Part shown: in pieces, positions 47,946-60,200 of the stretch
Position numbering within the stretch: position 1 is the stretch's first letter
How the letters are laid out: each line of letters starts with the position of its first letter
From: Balanoglossus misakiensis
Taxonomy: Eukaryota > Animalia > Hemichordata
Direction: 5' to 3'
Assembly (NCBI GenBank): GCA_040954595.2
Contig: CM082580.2
Location: 1,602,783-1,666,782 of the forward strand
Length of the DNA stretch: 64,000 nt
Notes under the pieces: model-generated
The model's database searches: none
Seen by the model: only the letters and a program-made list of their open reading frames with translations
Told to the model about the DNA's origin: nothing
Translations under genes and position numbers: made by a program

Positions 47946-50900
47946 GTGTCATACCTTTCACTTTGTACTGGCTGTGATGGGCCTTCTGTAGATTCCATAG
48001 GTTTCTCTTGTGATGATTCTCCTATCTCCTGAACATCTATCTCTGCAATTCCAGAGATGGAAGAAACCCTGTACAAAGAAAAAAAAGACTAAAATTTGAT
48101 ACATGACAAACTAGGTCTGCACAAACGTTGTAGGTTCCAGTTCCCCCTAATCCCCCAACCAGTAAGCAGTGAAAAACCTATGTTTGCTGGATTAAAACCA
48201 TAGACGTGAATGTCTTGGTCAACACACTGAATAAATTGTATAGGATGATTTTGGTTGTTTATTGGAGGGCAAATGTCAGGTATACTTCGCCATTGTTATG
48301 TTGATTATTGTCACCTGAGAGTTTGAGCAGAGGCTTTTCCTCATACTACAGATTGTGGCTAGAAGCATTGAAATTATCATGTAATGTAAAAAAACAGTGC
48401 TTAAACACCTACCTGACTGATGATATTTCTGATGCAACTAATTCTTCTAAATTTTTTTCGATATCACAAAGATGGCCATTTCCTGGCGTTGATGTCATAG
48501 GAAAAGTTTGGGTGGCTTGTCCTTGATCATCACGTTGCCTATAAATTTTAAGAAACAAATATATACTTTTAGGTATTCCCATCTATCACACAGATAACTA
48601 TGTGGAATGCAACATTTCATTGTTTCATTTCTATAAATTATATTACGGACACAATTACTTTTCATGAGCCATAAAAACATGTCACCTCTTTAAAACAATA
48701 TACATCATGTATACTGCAAGAGCCCCATCAAATATGAAAATCTATTGTGTACTATACAAAGCTCAAAGTATCATGATCAAAATTTATTTGGTACCTAGTT
48801 TCCATAGACGGTGCAAATACTTGCAGTGTTTCTTGGCCACTTGGAGATGATGCAGGCCTGGTAAATTCTGCATCTGTTGTTGCTGTAACTTGATGTTCAT
48901 AATACCTGTCCACACAAATAATAAGACACAATGAACCTTTTTTGCCTTTACAATGGCTTGTTTACGTAGCCAATTTCTGTCTTTAGAAGGGATTACACAC
49001 AGCCATAATTTGCCTCAGAGGACAGGTTACAGACACGTAAGGTGAGAATAAGATAACTACGAGAAAATAGCCAAATTTTTCTTCAGTTCATATACAGCTC
49101 AAGAAATGTACACAACTGGCTATAACAAAACGGAAGTTGTAGCAGAACAAAGAACAACCAAATTCCGCTAAAAGCATATTGTCTCGTATGTTCGATAACA
49201 GTAATACATGTAGATTGTCCGGAGGAAAAAAAAGAAAAAAAAAATTGCAGTACCGTACAATTTATCTCGCATAGTCATACATTGATACAAACGGTCCAGC
49301 GTACTACATACAACTGCTGGTCGAGGGCGAGGTATGCGCTGGGCAAAATCACTAAGTGAAATACGACTTGAAACAGCACATTTAGAATTACATTGAGATG
49401 ATGCTCGCAGTGATTCTGTGAGACACAGATTCTAAATTCATGTACACAATTCATGCCGTATCTTTGGCTATGGAGTACGTACACAGTGAATGCACGAATA
49501 TGTACTTACCGGTCGATCAGTACCTTTGCGACCTGGCGGTTCGTTTCCAATACCAAGGAGCGTTTGATTTCATTCCAACGATGAATTTCCGAGAAAATGT
49601 TTATCTGACCTACTTGTTTCAGCAATTGTTTACGTTTTTTTGCCGAAGCAGTGGTTTGTGGGCGGCCACGAGCACGTTTACGTTTACCACTGCTACTGGG
49701 AACAGACGCCAAAGCATCCGCCATGACTGTCGCTACAGCTATAATTATATGTATGACGTTTCATTTTGTGTATATACCCTTGCACATGCGCACATTGGTA
49801 ATGATCGAAGCCCGGCCCGCGTCCGCGCTCGAATAAATGGTAAAGAACGATTATTCATTTTGGTGATTTTTTTACTCTCGTGTCTACAAGCGGGATGGAA
49901 CTTGTGTGTGGTCGAACGTTGATTCACTATATATCAACATTTAAAATAACATACACAGTGTCTTGAATGAATCAAAAGTAATGGAAAAAAGGCAAAAAGA
50001 GAGAGACTTTGTCCCTTTAAGTCAAAGGCTGGTATTTCTCACTGTGTGTGACCAGGGTATCATTTTAAACACAGACTGGACTTTGACTACTGTGTCCAAT
50101 GGAAAAAATACATCAGCATCTATGTCTGCAAAAAGGTGTCAAAACTGACATATCTTATCATGTATGTCATCAAACTCAAAGGATAATATCTTCATTTCAT
50201 GTGACCTGCCTGGTTAAAGTTTACCGCCAACATTTCACCATGCTTTACCCACCCATGGCACAGTGTGTCAAATCCAATATTTGGTTCGATGAATGAACCA
50301 TGAAAGTTTCCGAATTGGTACTACCCGAAAACTGCATGGCAAGCTAAATTTGGAATTTGGATGGGGTGGGGAGGTAAAGCTAACCTAACGTACAGTCGTT
50401 TAGATTTAACATTATGCCTGTGAGTTACATGTTAATATTTTCTGCATGTCTGTCGCGTACAATGCGTCGGTGCGGAAAAATGATCACAGGTACTATTCAG
50501 AAGAATTCCGCTGAATCATGGTGACGATGTGCATGGAAAAATCCTGATTATGATCTAACTGATAAACAATAGCATGATATTAATAAAATATACACATTAA
50601 CCAATGAATGAACCATCGTGAAGATTGTGCCCCAACACTTATTTAAGCTTTTATCATTATTATACCTTTGTCATTACTAAATATATCAACAGCCCTGTAC
50701 ACCAAAGCTATCACCACATTTGTTAACCTTTATTACACCATTCATATGAAACCCTTCACCATCATCAACCTCTATTATATTCATTGTTTTGGCCCATTAT
50801 AATCTGTGTACCCTCAATTTTACCACAAACCATCACCACATTAGTTAACTGTTTATTAAACACTTCCACATGTGTTGCCCATTATTATACCATTGAAATT

Positions 50901-51776
50901 TATAAATCGATCATCATACCTATCATACAAGCAATTGCTGATTGCTGTTAACCCTTGTGTACCACAAGCCATTATCATGAAATAGGCAACATGAATTTCA
51001 CATAACACAGTTTGTCAGCTCTGAGAATATTGTTCTCAGGACCATGTCCCACGCTTAATAAAAGTGTTGTGTATGTGGTACAGTTTAGATTCCTTGTCAG
51101 ATTTCCCATAACACAGTTCGTGAGCCCCGAAAAGTACCATAACACAATTCTCATGAACATTTCCCATGATCAATAAAAGTGTTGTGTGTAGCATAGTCAT
51201 TTTTCCGTTTGCTGTGACATTTGTCTCCGTGTGAGAGTTTAAGTAAATGTGGAAACACGCAAATTAGGCAACATCAATATCCCGTACAGAATTCAGTGTG
51301 TTTTGTTCGCATTTTTGGTTGCCATTTTGAAAATGAACAAAGGACTTTCCATTGACCAACACCCGTATGAATACGTCCAAATTACCCAACTTTAATATTC
51401 CTTAAATAATTGGTCAGCTGTGCAAATATTTTTCACCTGACCACTTCCTTTGCTAAGCAAGAGTGTTTTTTATGTAATAATATTAATATAATATTTATAA
51501 CGTATGTAGCACATTAAATCTCAATGTGCTTTAAAGTTGTCCCATGGTCATTTGATTTAGGTCGTTGGACATAAATATTCCATTCAACTCCCTGGGGAGC
51601 AAACAACATCTCACCATCTTTAGAAATGTCAAATTACAGTGCTTTTGGCCACGTATTAACCTGGGGATTTACAGTTAACTTTAAATACACATGCATATGC
51701 ATTTAATCCCCATGTGACTATAAAACAGTTTGTAAATGTGAATATGTCCACATTACACAACTTGAATTTTACTTAA

Positions 51777-52107
51777 AGGGACAAAGTGTCTCTCTCGCTG
51801 CCCTTTTTACCATTAATTATGTTTGATACAAGACATCGTTTATGTTGGCTGTATAGTGAATCAATGTTCGACCAAACACAACTTCCACCCCACTTGTACA
51901 CACAAGAATGAAAAAACTCGCCAAAATGAATAATCGGTGTTTACCATTTATTCATTTTTGCGAGATTTTTACTCTCAGATTCTACAAACGGGATGAAAGT
52001 TGTTGGTTGAATGTTGATTCACTATATAGCCACATGTAGAATAACATAAATGGGTTCATGTATCAAACTTAATTGAACAATGGTGGCGAAAGAGAGACTT
52101 TGCCCCT
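51777..52107. mobile_element. Kolobok-derived fold-back MITE with TTAA TSD
   Basis: TTAA|AGGGACAAAG...CTTTGCCCCT|TTAA; paralog of 33687-34028. Confidence 0.85.
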
Positions 52108-52179
52108 TTAAACAATTGGTCAGCTCTGCGAATATAGTTCACCTGACCACTTCCTTTGCTAAGTAAGAGTGTTGTTTAT

Positions 52180-52521
52180 GTAATGATATCAATATAATAT
52201 TTATTACTTATATAGCACATTACACAATAAATCTCAATGTGCTGCTTCAAAGTGTTTCCCATGGTAATTTGACCTAGGTCGGTGGACCTAAAATATTCCA
52301 TCCCACTCCATGGGGAGCAAACAACAGCTCACATGTGCAGCTTTTATATCAGCACAGCAGACCTAAACATACTCATTACAATATCGGATCCACCAAATTA
52401 CCTTTTCTTATGGGCGGGGAGAGGCAAGGAGATGTAAACACCACAACACCACAACCATGCCAGGGATCAAACCCTTGATTCTTTGATTATGGGTCTGATG
52501 CTCTAACGACTGGACTATGAC
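52180..52521 (-). mobile_element. tRNA-derived SINE (paralog of 34100-34457)
   Basis: Same head (TAGTCCAGTCGTTAGAGCATCAGAC..GGGTTTGATCCC) and tail, with a short deletion in the central domain. Confidence 0.7.
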
Positions 52522-53482
52522 TTTATGTGGCACAATGACCTTTCCATTTAGTGCCTTGTTCAGCTCTCAGTCAGGGTTTAAGCAAATATGGAAACATGCA
52601 TATTAGGCTCTTTGAATTTCCAAAAATTCAGTGTGTCAGCTCCCATTTCCCAAGACCAGTTCCCGTGCTAAATAAAAGTGCTGTGTGTGGCATAATCATT
52701 TTTCCGTCTGCTGTGACATTTGTCTCCCTGTGAGAGTTTAAGTAAATGTGGAGACACGCAAATTAGGCAATCCCATATATCCCATACATAATTCAGTGTG
52801 TTTTGTTCACATTTTTGGTTTTTATTTTGAAAATGAACAAAGGAGTTTCCTATCATTGAGCAACTCACTCCATTAACAGTTGCTCGATATGCAGGCTAAC
52901 TTGCTAGATCACTAAAGACTTAAAGCATGTTGAGGTTGGTGCCCCAAACCCTCTTGAAGACAACTGGTTGCTAACGATTGCCAATTAGGCAATTTGGATA
53001 TTCTACACATAACACAGTTTGTCAACTTTGAGAATACTGTTCTCAATACTATTTCCCATGCTTAATAGAAGTGTTGAGTAACAGTATGTGGTAGAATGGC
53101 ATTCCTATACGTTGCCTTCTTTTGCTCATTATCACGGTTTCAGTAAATTTAGAGACACGCAAGTTTAGCAGCTTGAATTTCTCATAACACAGTTTTGAGC
53201 TCCGAGAACACAGTTCTCATGAACATTTCCCATGCTCCATAAAAGTGTTGTGTATGTCTTACAATGATCTTTCCATACGCTGCCTTGTATAGCTGCTGTT
53301 AATAATTCAAGTTAATGTGGAGACGTATTAGGCAACATCAACGTCCCATACATAACACAGTTTGTAGGTATGAATACATCCAAAATACCCAACTTTAATT
53401 TTCCTTAAAGAATTGGTCAGCTCTGCAAATATATTTCACCTGACCACTTCCTTAGCTAAGTAAGAGTGTTGTTTATGTAATA

Positions 53483-54117
53483 TTATCATACATGCAACGC
53501 CTGTATTTAACACTTTCTATTGTTCTCGCCCCGAAGATATTTTACGGTATTTCACAATGTGAAAATATCGCGTCCACGTCTCGGCGTGACAGTTCACTGC
53601 GCGCGCGAGCGACACACGGGGCATAGTGGAGAGGGGTGTTGTAAAATTCGGTTATTAGAAGCTGTAATAAAGTTTTCAAAGCTGGCGGTTTTGTCATGTT
53701 GAATGCATCATTTTTAGTTCTTCGAAATTCTCAATGCAAAATAATTGTTAACATGATATTTTGAAAGAGAACGTAGACAATTTTATTTAGAATGTGGATG
53801 TGCCCATCGTAATGAAAGCTGCCAACCCCCTTAAAATGATACTACGGCCCACACGTCATACGTCACAACATGGCTACTGCCGTGATCCCAGCGCCCGGTT
53901 CAAATTTGAAATTATTTTTCTCGGCGCATTTCTGCAAATCGTACTGTTTTATAGGTAGGCATGTATGATAAAGAGGTTATTACACGAATTTTGGTCGATA
54001 ACGCGACGCATTCTCGTGATGTCTGTATTTTGACTCGTTGCGAAGCGCAACTCATCAAAATACGGACATCACTCGAATACGACGCGTTATCGACCAAAAT
54101 TCGTGTAATAACCCCTA
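53483..54117. mobile_element. Palindromic insertion (Crypton-like architecture, tentative) in a SINE tail
   Basis: Interrupts TTATGTAATA|ATATTAATATAAT, which is contiguous at 37541 and 51471; carries a 139-bp fold-back GGTTATTACACGAATTTTGGTCGATAACGCG...CGCGTTATCGACCAAAATTCGTGTAATAACC at 53975-54113. Confidence 0.65.
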
Positions 54118-54249
54118 AATATTAATATAATATTTATAACTTATGTAGCACATTAAATCTCAACATGCTTTAAAGTTGTCCCATGGTAATTTGACCTAGG
54201 TCGTTGGACCTTACTATTCCATTCAACTCCCTGGGGAGCAAACAACATC

Positions 54250-57200
54250 TCACCATCATTAGAAATGTCAAATTACAGTGCTTTTGGCCACGTATTAACC
54301 TGGGGATTTACAATCAACTTTAAATCCACATATGCACCATATTCCAATGTCAATGTGAAGGGCTTGAAATACCATCTACCCTGATGCATCATCAAGTTTG
54401 TTTCGACAACTTTAAATCCCCTTCAGCAAGCATTTTATACCCATGTCAAAGTGCAGAGCTTGCATCACCATCTATCCTGATGCATCATCAAGCTGCTTCG
54501 CCATTTGCCCTGATGCAAAGAATCAGATATAGTGTCACCATTGCATTAGCAATGTCAAATTACAGTGCTTTTGGCCAGGTATTAACCTGGGGATTTACAA
54601 TCAACTTTAAATCCCCATATGCACTATATTCCAATGTCAATGTGAAGGGCTTGAAATACCATCTACCCTGATGCATCATCAAGTTTGTTTCGACAACTTT
54701 AAATCCCCCTCAGCAAGCATTTTATACCCATGTCAAAGTGCAGAGCTTGCATCACCATCTATCCTGATGCATCATCAAGCTGCTTCGCCATTTGCCCTGA
54801 TGCAAAGAATCAGATATAGTGTCACCATTGCATTAGCAATGTCAAATTACACTGCTTTTGGCCATGTATTAACATCGGGATTTATAATCAACTTGAAATC
54901 CCCATATGCTTTTTATACCCATGTCAAAGCGAAGTGTTTGCATCACTATCTACAGTAATGCATCGTCAAGCATGCTTCGCCATTTGCCGTAATGCAAAGA
55001 ATCAGATTCAATGTCACCATTGCATTCGCAATGTCAAATTACTGTGCTTTTGGCCACATATTAACCTGGCGATTTACAGTCAACTTTAAACATCAGTGCA
55101 TATGCATTAAATACACATGTCAAAGTGCAGTGTCTCCATCACCATTGATCCTGATGCATCATCAAGCATGCTTCGTTATATGCCCTGGTGCAAAGAATCA
55201 GATTTAGTATCACAGTAGCATTAGCCATGTCAAATTACAGTGCTTTTGGCTATGTATTAACCTAGGGATTTACACTCAACTTTAAATCCCCATATGCATT
55301 ATATGCCAATGTCAATGTGAAGGGCTTGAAATACCATCTACCCTGATGCATCATCAAGTTTGTTTCGCCATTAACCCTGATGCAAATAATCAGTGTCACC
55401 ATAGCATTAGCAATGTCAATTTACTGAGCGTTTGGCCATGTATTAACTTGGGGGTTTACAATCAACTTTAAATCCCCATATGCATTATATTGCAATGTTA
55501 ACTTGAACGGCTTGAAACACCATCTATACTGATGCATCATCAAGCTTTCTTTACAATTTACCCTGATGCAAAGAATCAGATTTAGTGTCGCCATAGCATT
55601 AGCAATGGCAAATAAAAGTGTTTTCGGCCACATATTAACCCAGGGATTTATAATCAACTTGAAATCCCCATATGAATTTTATACCCATGTCAAAGCGAAG
55701 TGCTTGCATCAATATCTACCGTGATGCATCATCAAGCTTGCTTCGCCATTTGCCCTAATGCAAAGAATCAGATTCAATGTCACTGTAGCATTAGCAATGT
55801 CAAATTACAGTTCGTTTGGCCGTATACTAACCTGGGGATTTACAATCAACTTTAAATCCCCATATGCATTATATTCTAATGTCAATGTGAAGGGCTTGAA
55901 ACACCATCTATCCTGATGCATCATCAAGCTTGCTTCACCATTTTCCCTGATGCAAAGAATCAGATTTAGTGTCACGGTAGCATTAGCAAATCCCCATATG
56001 CATTTAACACCCACGTCAAAGTGAAGTGTTTGCATCCCTATCTACCGTGATGCATCATCAAGCTTGCATCGCCATTTACCCTGATGCAAAGAATCAGATT
56101 CAATATCATCGTTGCATTAGCAATGTCAAATTACAGTGCTTATGGCCACGTATTAACCTGGGAATTTACAGACAACTTTAAATACCCATGCATATGCATT
56201 AAATACCTATGTCAAAGTGCAGAGCTTGCATCACCATCTATCCTGATGCATCATCAAGCTGCTTCGCCATTTGCCCTGATGCAAAGAATCACATTCAATG
56301 TCACCATTGCATTAGCAATTTTAAATTACAGTGTTTTTGGCCATGTATTAACCTAGGGATTTGCAATTAACTTTAAATCCCCATATGCGTTATATTCCAA
56401 TGTCAAGTGAAGGGCTTGAAACACCATCTATCCTGATGCATCATCAAGCTTGCTTCACAATTTACCCTGATGCAAAAAAATCACATTCAGCGTCACCATT
56501 TCATTAGCAATGTCAAATTACAGTGATTATGGCCACGTATTAACCTGGGGATTTACAATCAACTTTAAATCCCCATATGCGTTATATTCCAATGTCAATG
56601 TGAAGGGCTTGAAATACCATCTACCCTGATCCATCATCAAGCTGCTTCCCCATTTGCCCTGATGCAAAGAATCAGATATAATGTCAACATGGCATTAGCA
56701 ATGTCAAATTACAGTGCTTTTGGACACGTATTAACACAGGGATTTATAATCTACTTGAAATCCCTATATGCTTTTTATACCCATGTCTAAGCGAAGTGTT
56801 TGCATCACTATCTACTGTGATGCATCATCAAGCATGCTTCGCCATTTACGCTGATGCAAAGAATCAGATTCAATGTCACCATTGCATTAGCAATGTCAAA
56901 TTACAGTGCTTTTGGCCATGTATAAACATCGGGATTTATTATCAACTTGAAATCCCCATATGCTTTTTATACCCATGTCAAAGCGAAGTGTTTGCATCAC
57001 TATCTACAGTAATGCATCGTCAAGCATGCTTCGCCATTTGCCCTAATGCAAAGAATCACATTAAATGTCACTGTTGCATTCGCAATGTCAAATTACTGTG
57101 CTTTTGGCCACGTATTAACCTGGCGATTTACAGTCAACTTTAAATCCCCATATGCATTATATTCCAATGTCAATGTGAAGGGCTTGAAAAACCATCTACC

Positions 57201-60200
57201 CTGATGCATCATCAAGTTTGTTTCGCCATTAACCCTGATGCAAATAATCAGTGTCACCATAGCATTAGCAATGGCAAATAAAAGTGCTTTCGGCCACATA
57301 TTAACCCAGGGATTTATAATCAACTTGAAATCCCCATATGAATTTTATACCTATGTCAAAGCGAAGTGCTTGCATCAATATCTACCGTGATGCATCATCA
57401 AGCTTGCTTCGCCATTTGCCCTAATGCAAAGAATCAGATTCAATGTCACTGTAGCATTAGCAATGTCAAATTACAGTTCGTTTGGCCGTTTACTAACCTG
57501 GGGATTTACAATCAACTTTAAATCCCCATATGCATTATATTCTAATGTCAATGTGAAGGGCTTGAAACACCTTCTATCCTGATGCATCATCAAGCTTGCT
57601 TCATCATTTTCCCTGATGCAAAGAATCAGATTAAGTATCACGGTAGCATTAGCAATGTCAAATTACAGTGCCTATGGCCACGTATTAACCTCGGGATGTA
57701 CGGACAACTTTAAATACCCTTGCATATACATTTAATACCTATGTCAAAATGCAGAGCTTGCATCACCATCTACTCTGATGCACCATTAGGCTTGCTACGC
57801 CATTTCCCCTAATGCAAAGAATCACATTCAATGTCACCATTGCTTTTGGCCATGTATTAACCTGGGGATTTATAATCAACTTTAAATCCCCGTATGCGTT
57901 ATATTCCAATGTCAATGTGAAGGGCTTGAAACCTGGGGATTTACAGTCAACTTTTAATCCCCCTGTATACATTTTAAACCCCGGTGTCAAAGTTTAGTGA
58001 TTGCATCATCATTGACCCTGGTGCATCATCAAGCATTCTTCAGAATTTGCCCTGATGCAAAGAATCAGATTCAATATCACCCTTGCATTAGCAATTTTAA
58101 ATTACAGTGCTTTTGGACATGTATTAACCTGGGGATTTACAGTCAACATTAAATACCCATGCATAGGCATTAAATACCTATGTCACAATGCATAGCTTGC
58201 ATCACCATCTACTCTGATGCACCATTATGCTCGCTACGCCATTTCCCCTAATGCAAAGAATGACATTCAATGTCACCATTGCATTTGCAATTGTAAATTA
58301 CAGTGCTTTTGGCCATGTATTAACCTAGGGATTTTCAATCAACTTTAAATCCCCATATGCGTTATATTCCATTGTCAATGTGAAGGGCTTGAAACACCAT
58401 CTGTCCTGATGCATCATCAAGCTTGCTTCACAATTTACCCCGATGGAAAGAATCAGATTTAATGTCACGGTAGCATTAGCAATGTCAAACTACAGTGCTT
58501 ATGGCCACGTATCAACCTGGGGATTTACAATCAACTTTAAATCCCCATATGCGTTATATTCCAATGTCAATGTGAAGGGCTTGAAATACCATCTACCCTG
58601 ATGCATCATCAAGTTTGTTTTGACAACTTTAAATCCCCCTCAGCATGCATTTAATCCCCATGTCAAAGTGCAGAGCTTGCATCACCATCTATCCTGATGC
58701 ATCATCAAGCTGCTTCGCCATTTGCCCTGATGCAAAGAATCAGATATAGTGTCACCATTGCATAAGCAATGTCAAATTACAGTGCTTTTGGACACGTATT
58801 AACACAGGGATTTATAATCTATTTGAAATCCCTATATGCTTTTTATACCCATGTCTAAGCGAAGTGTTTGCATCACTATCTACTGTGATGCATCGTGAAG
58901 CATGCTTCGCCATTTGCCTTAATGCAAAGAATCAGATTAAATGTCACTGTTGCATTCGCAATGTCAAATTACTGTGCTTTTGGCCACGTATTAACCTGGC
59001 GATTTACAGTCAACTTTAAACATCTGTGCATATGCATTAAATACGCATGTCAAAGTGCAGTGTCTCCATCACCATTGATCCTGATGCATCACCAAGCATG
59101 CTTCGCTATATGCCCTGATGCAAAGAATCAGATTTAGTATCACAGTAGCATTAGCCATGTCAAATTACAGTGCTTTTGGCTATGTATTAACCTGGGGATT
59201 TACAATCAACTTTAAATCCCCATATGCATTATATTCCAATGTCAATGTGAAGGGCTTGAAATACCATCTACCCTGATGCATCATCAAGTTTGTTTCGCCA
59301 TTAACCCTGATGCAAATAATCAGTGTCACCATAGCATCAGCTATGTCAAATTACTGAGCATTTGGCCATGTATTAACTTGCGGGTTTACAATCAACTTCA
59401 AATCCCCATATGCATTATATTGCAATGTTAACTTGAACGGCTTGAAACACCATCTATACTGATGCATCATCAAGCTTTCTTCACAATTTACCCTGATGCA
59501 AAGAATCAGATTTAGTGTCGCCATAGCATTAGCAATGGCAAATAAAAGTGCTTTCGGCCACATATTAACCCAGGGATTTATAATCAACTTGAAATCCCTA
59601 TATGAATTTTATACCTATGTCAAAGCGAAGTGCTTGCATCAATATCTACCGTGATGCATCATCAAGCTTGCTTCGCCATTTGCCCTAATGCAAAGAATCA
59701 GATTCAATGTCACTGTTGCATTAGCAATGTCAAATTATAGTGCGTTTGGCCGTATACTAACCTGGGGATTTACAATCAACTTTAAATCCCCATATGCATT
59801 ATATTCTAATATCAATGTGAAGGGCTTGAAACACCATCTATCATGATGCATCATCAAGCTTGCTTCACCATTTTCCCTGATGCAAAAAATCAGATTTAGT
59901 GTCATGGTAGCATTAGCAAATCCCCATATGCATTTGATACCCATGTCAAAGTGAAGTGTTTGCATCACTATCTACCGTGATGCATCATCAAGCTTGCATC
60001 GCCATTCACCCTTATGCAAAGAATCAGATTCAATGTCACCGTTGCATTAGCAATGTCAAATTACAGTGCTTATGGCCACGTATTAACCTGAGGATTTACA
60101 GTCAACATTAAATACCCATGCATATCCATTAAATACCTATGTCAAAGTGCAGAGCTTGCATCACCATTTACTCTGATGCACCATTAGGCTTGCTACGCCA

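Larger units (their letters stand above)
38583..49724 (-). pseudogene. Multi-exon Kolobok transposase (partial)
   Basis: Exon 1 49510-49724 (RGRP, INIFSEIHRW; GTAAGT donor); acidic exon ~46114-46400; 45548-45831 (AAVILLSGNNYAKI); 45021-45260 (DGRMDSPGFCAQYCTY, STNMEK, VITDAH); 43976-44052 (HSHDIWHAAKNL); 38583-38687 (LLKWVTHIVNHFWYCC). These are Kolobok-type motifs; boundaries of the intervening small exons are uncertain. Confidence 0.8.
38326..50016 (-). mobile_element. Kolobok DNA transposon, 3'-truncated, with nested insertions
   Basis: Terminus ...GAGAGACTTTGTCCCT|TTAA at 50016 (RR end, TTAA target); the paralogous empty TTAA site is at 35921. Transposase exons lie on the minus strand; the other end is missing (junction with satellite B at ~38325). 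Confidence 0.82.
50017..52521 (+). repeat. Duplicated segment matching 35921-37780 (left part) and 33157-34457 (right part)
   Basis: Colinear matches, including a Kolobok MITE (51777-52107) and a SINE (~52180-52521). Confidence 0.88.

Noticed and set aside
49440-49922. 160-aa plus-strand ORF
   Set aside because: Antisense to Kolobok exon 1 and its terminus; no recognisable motifs.
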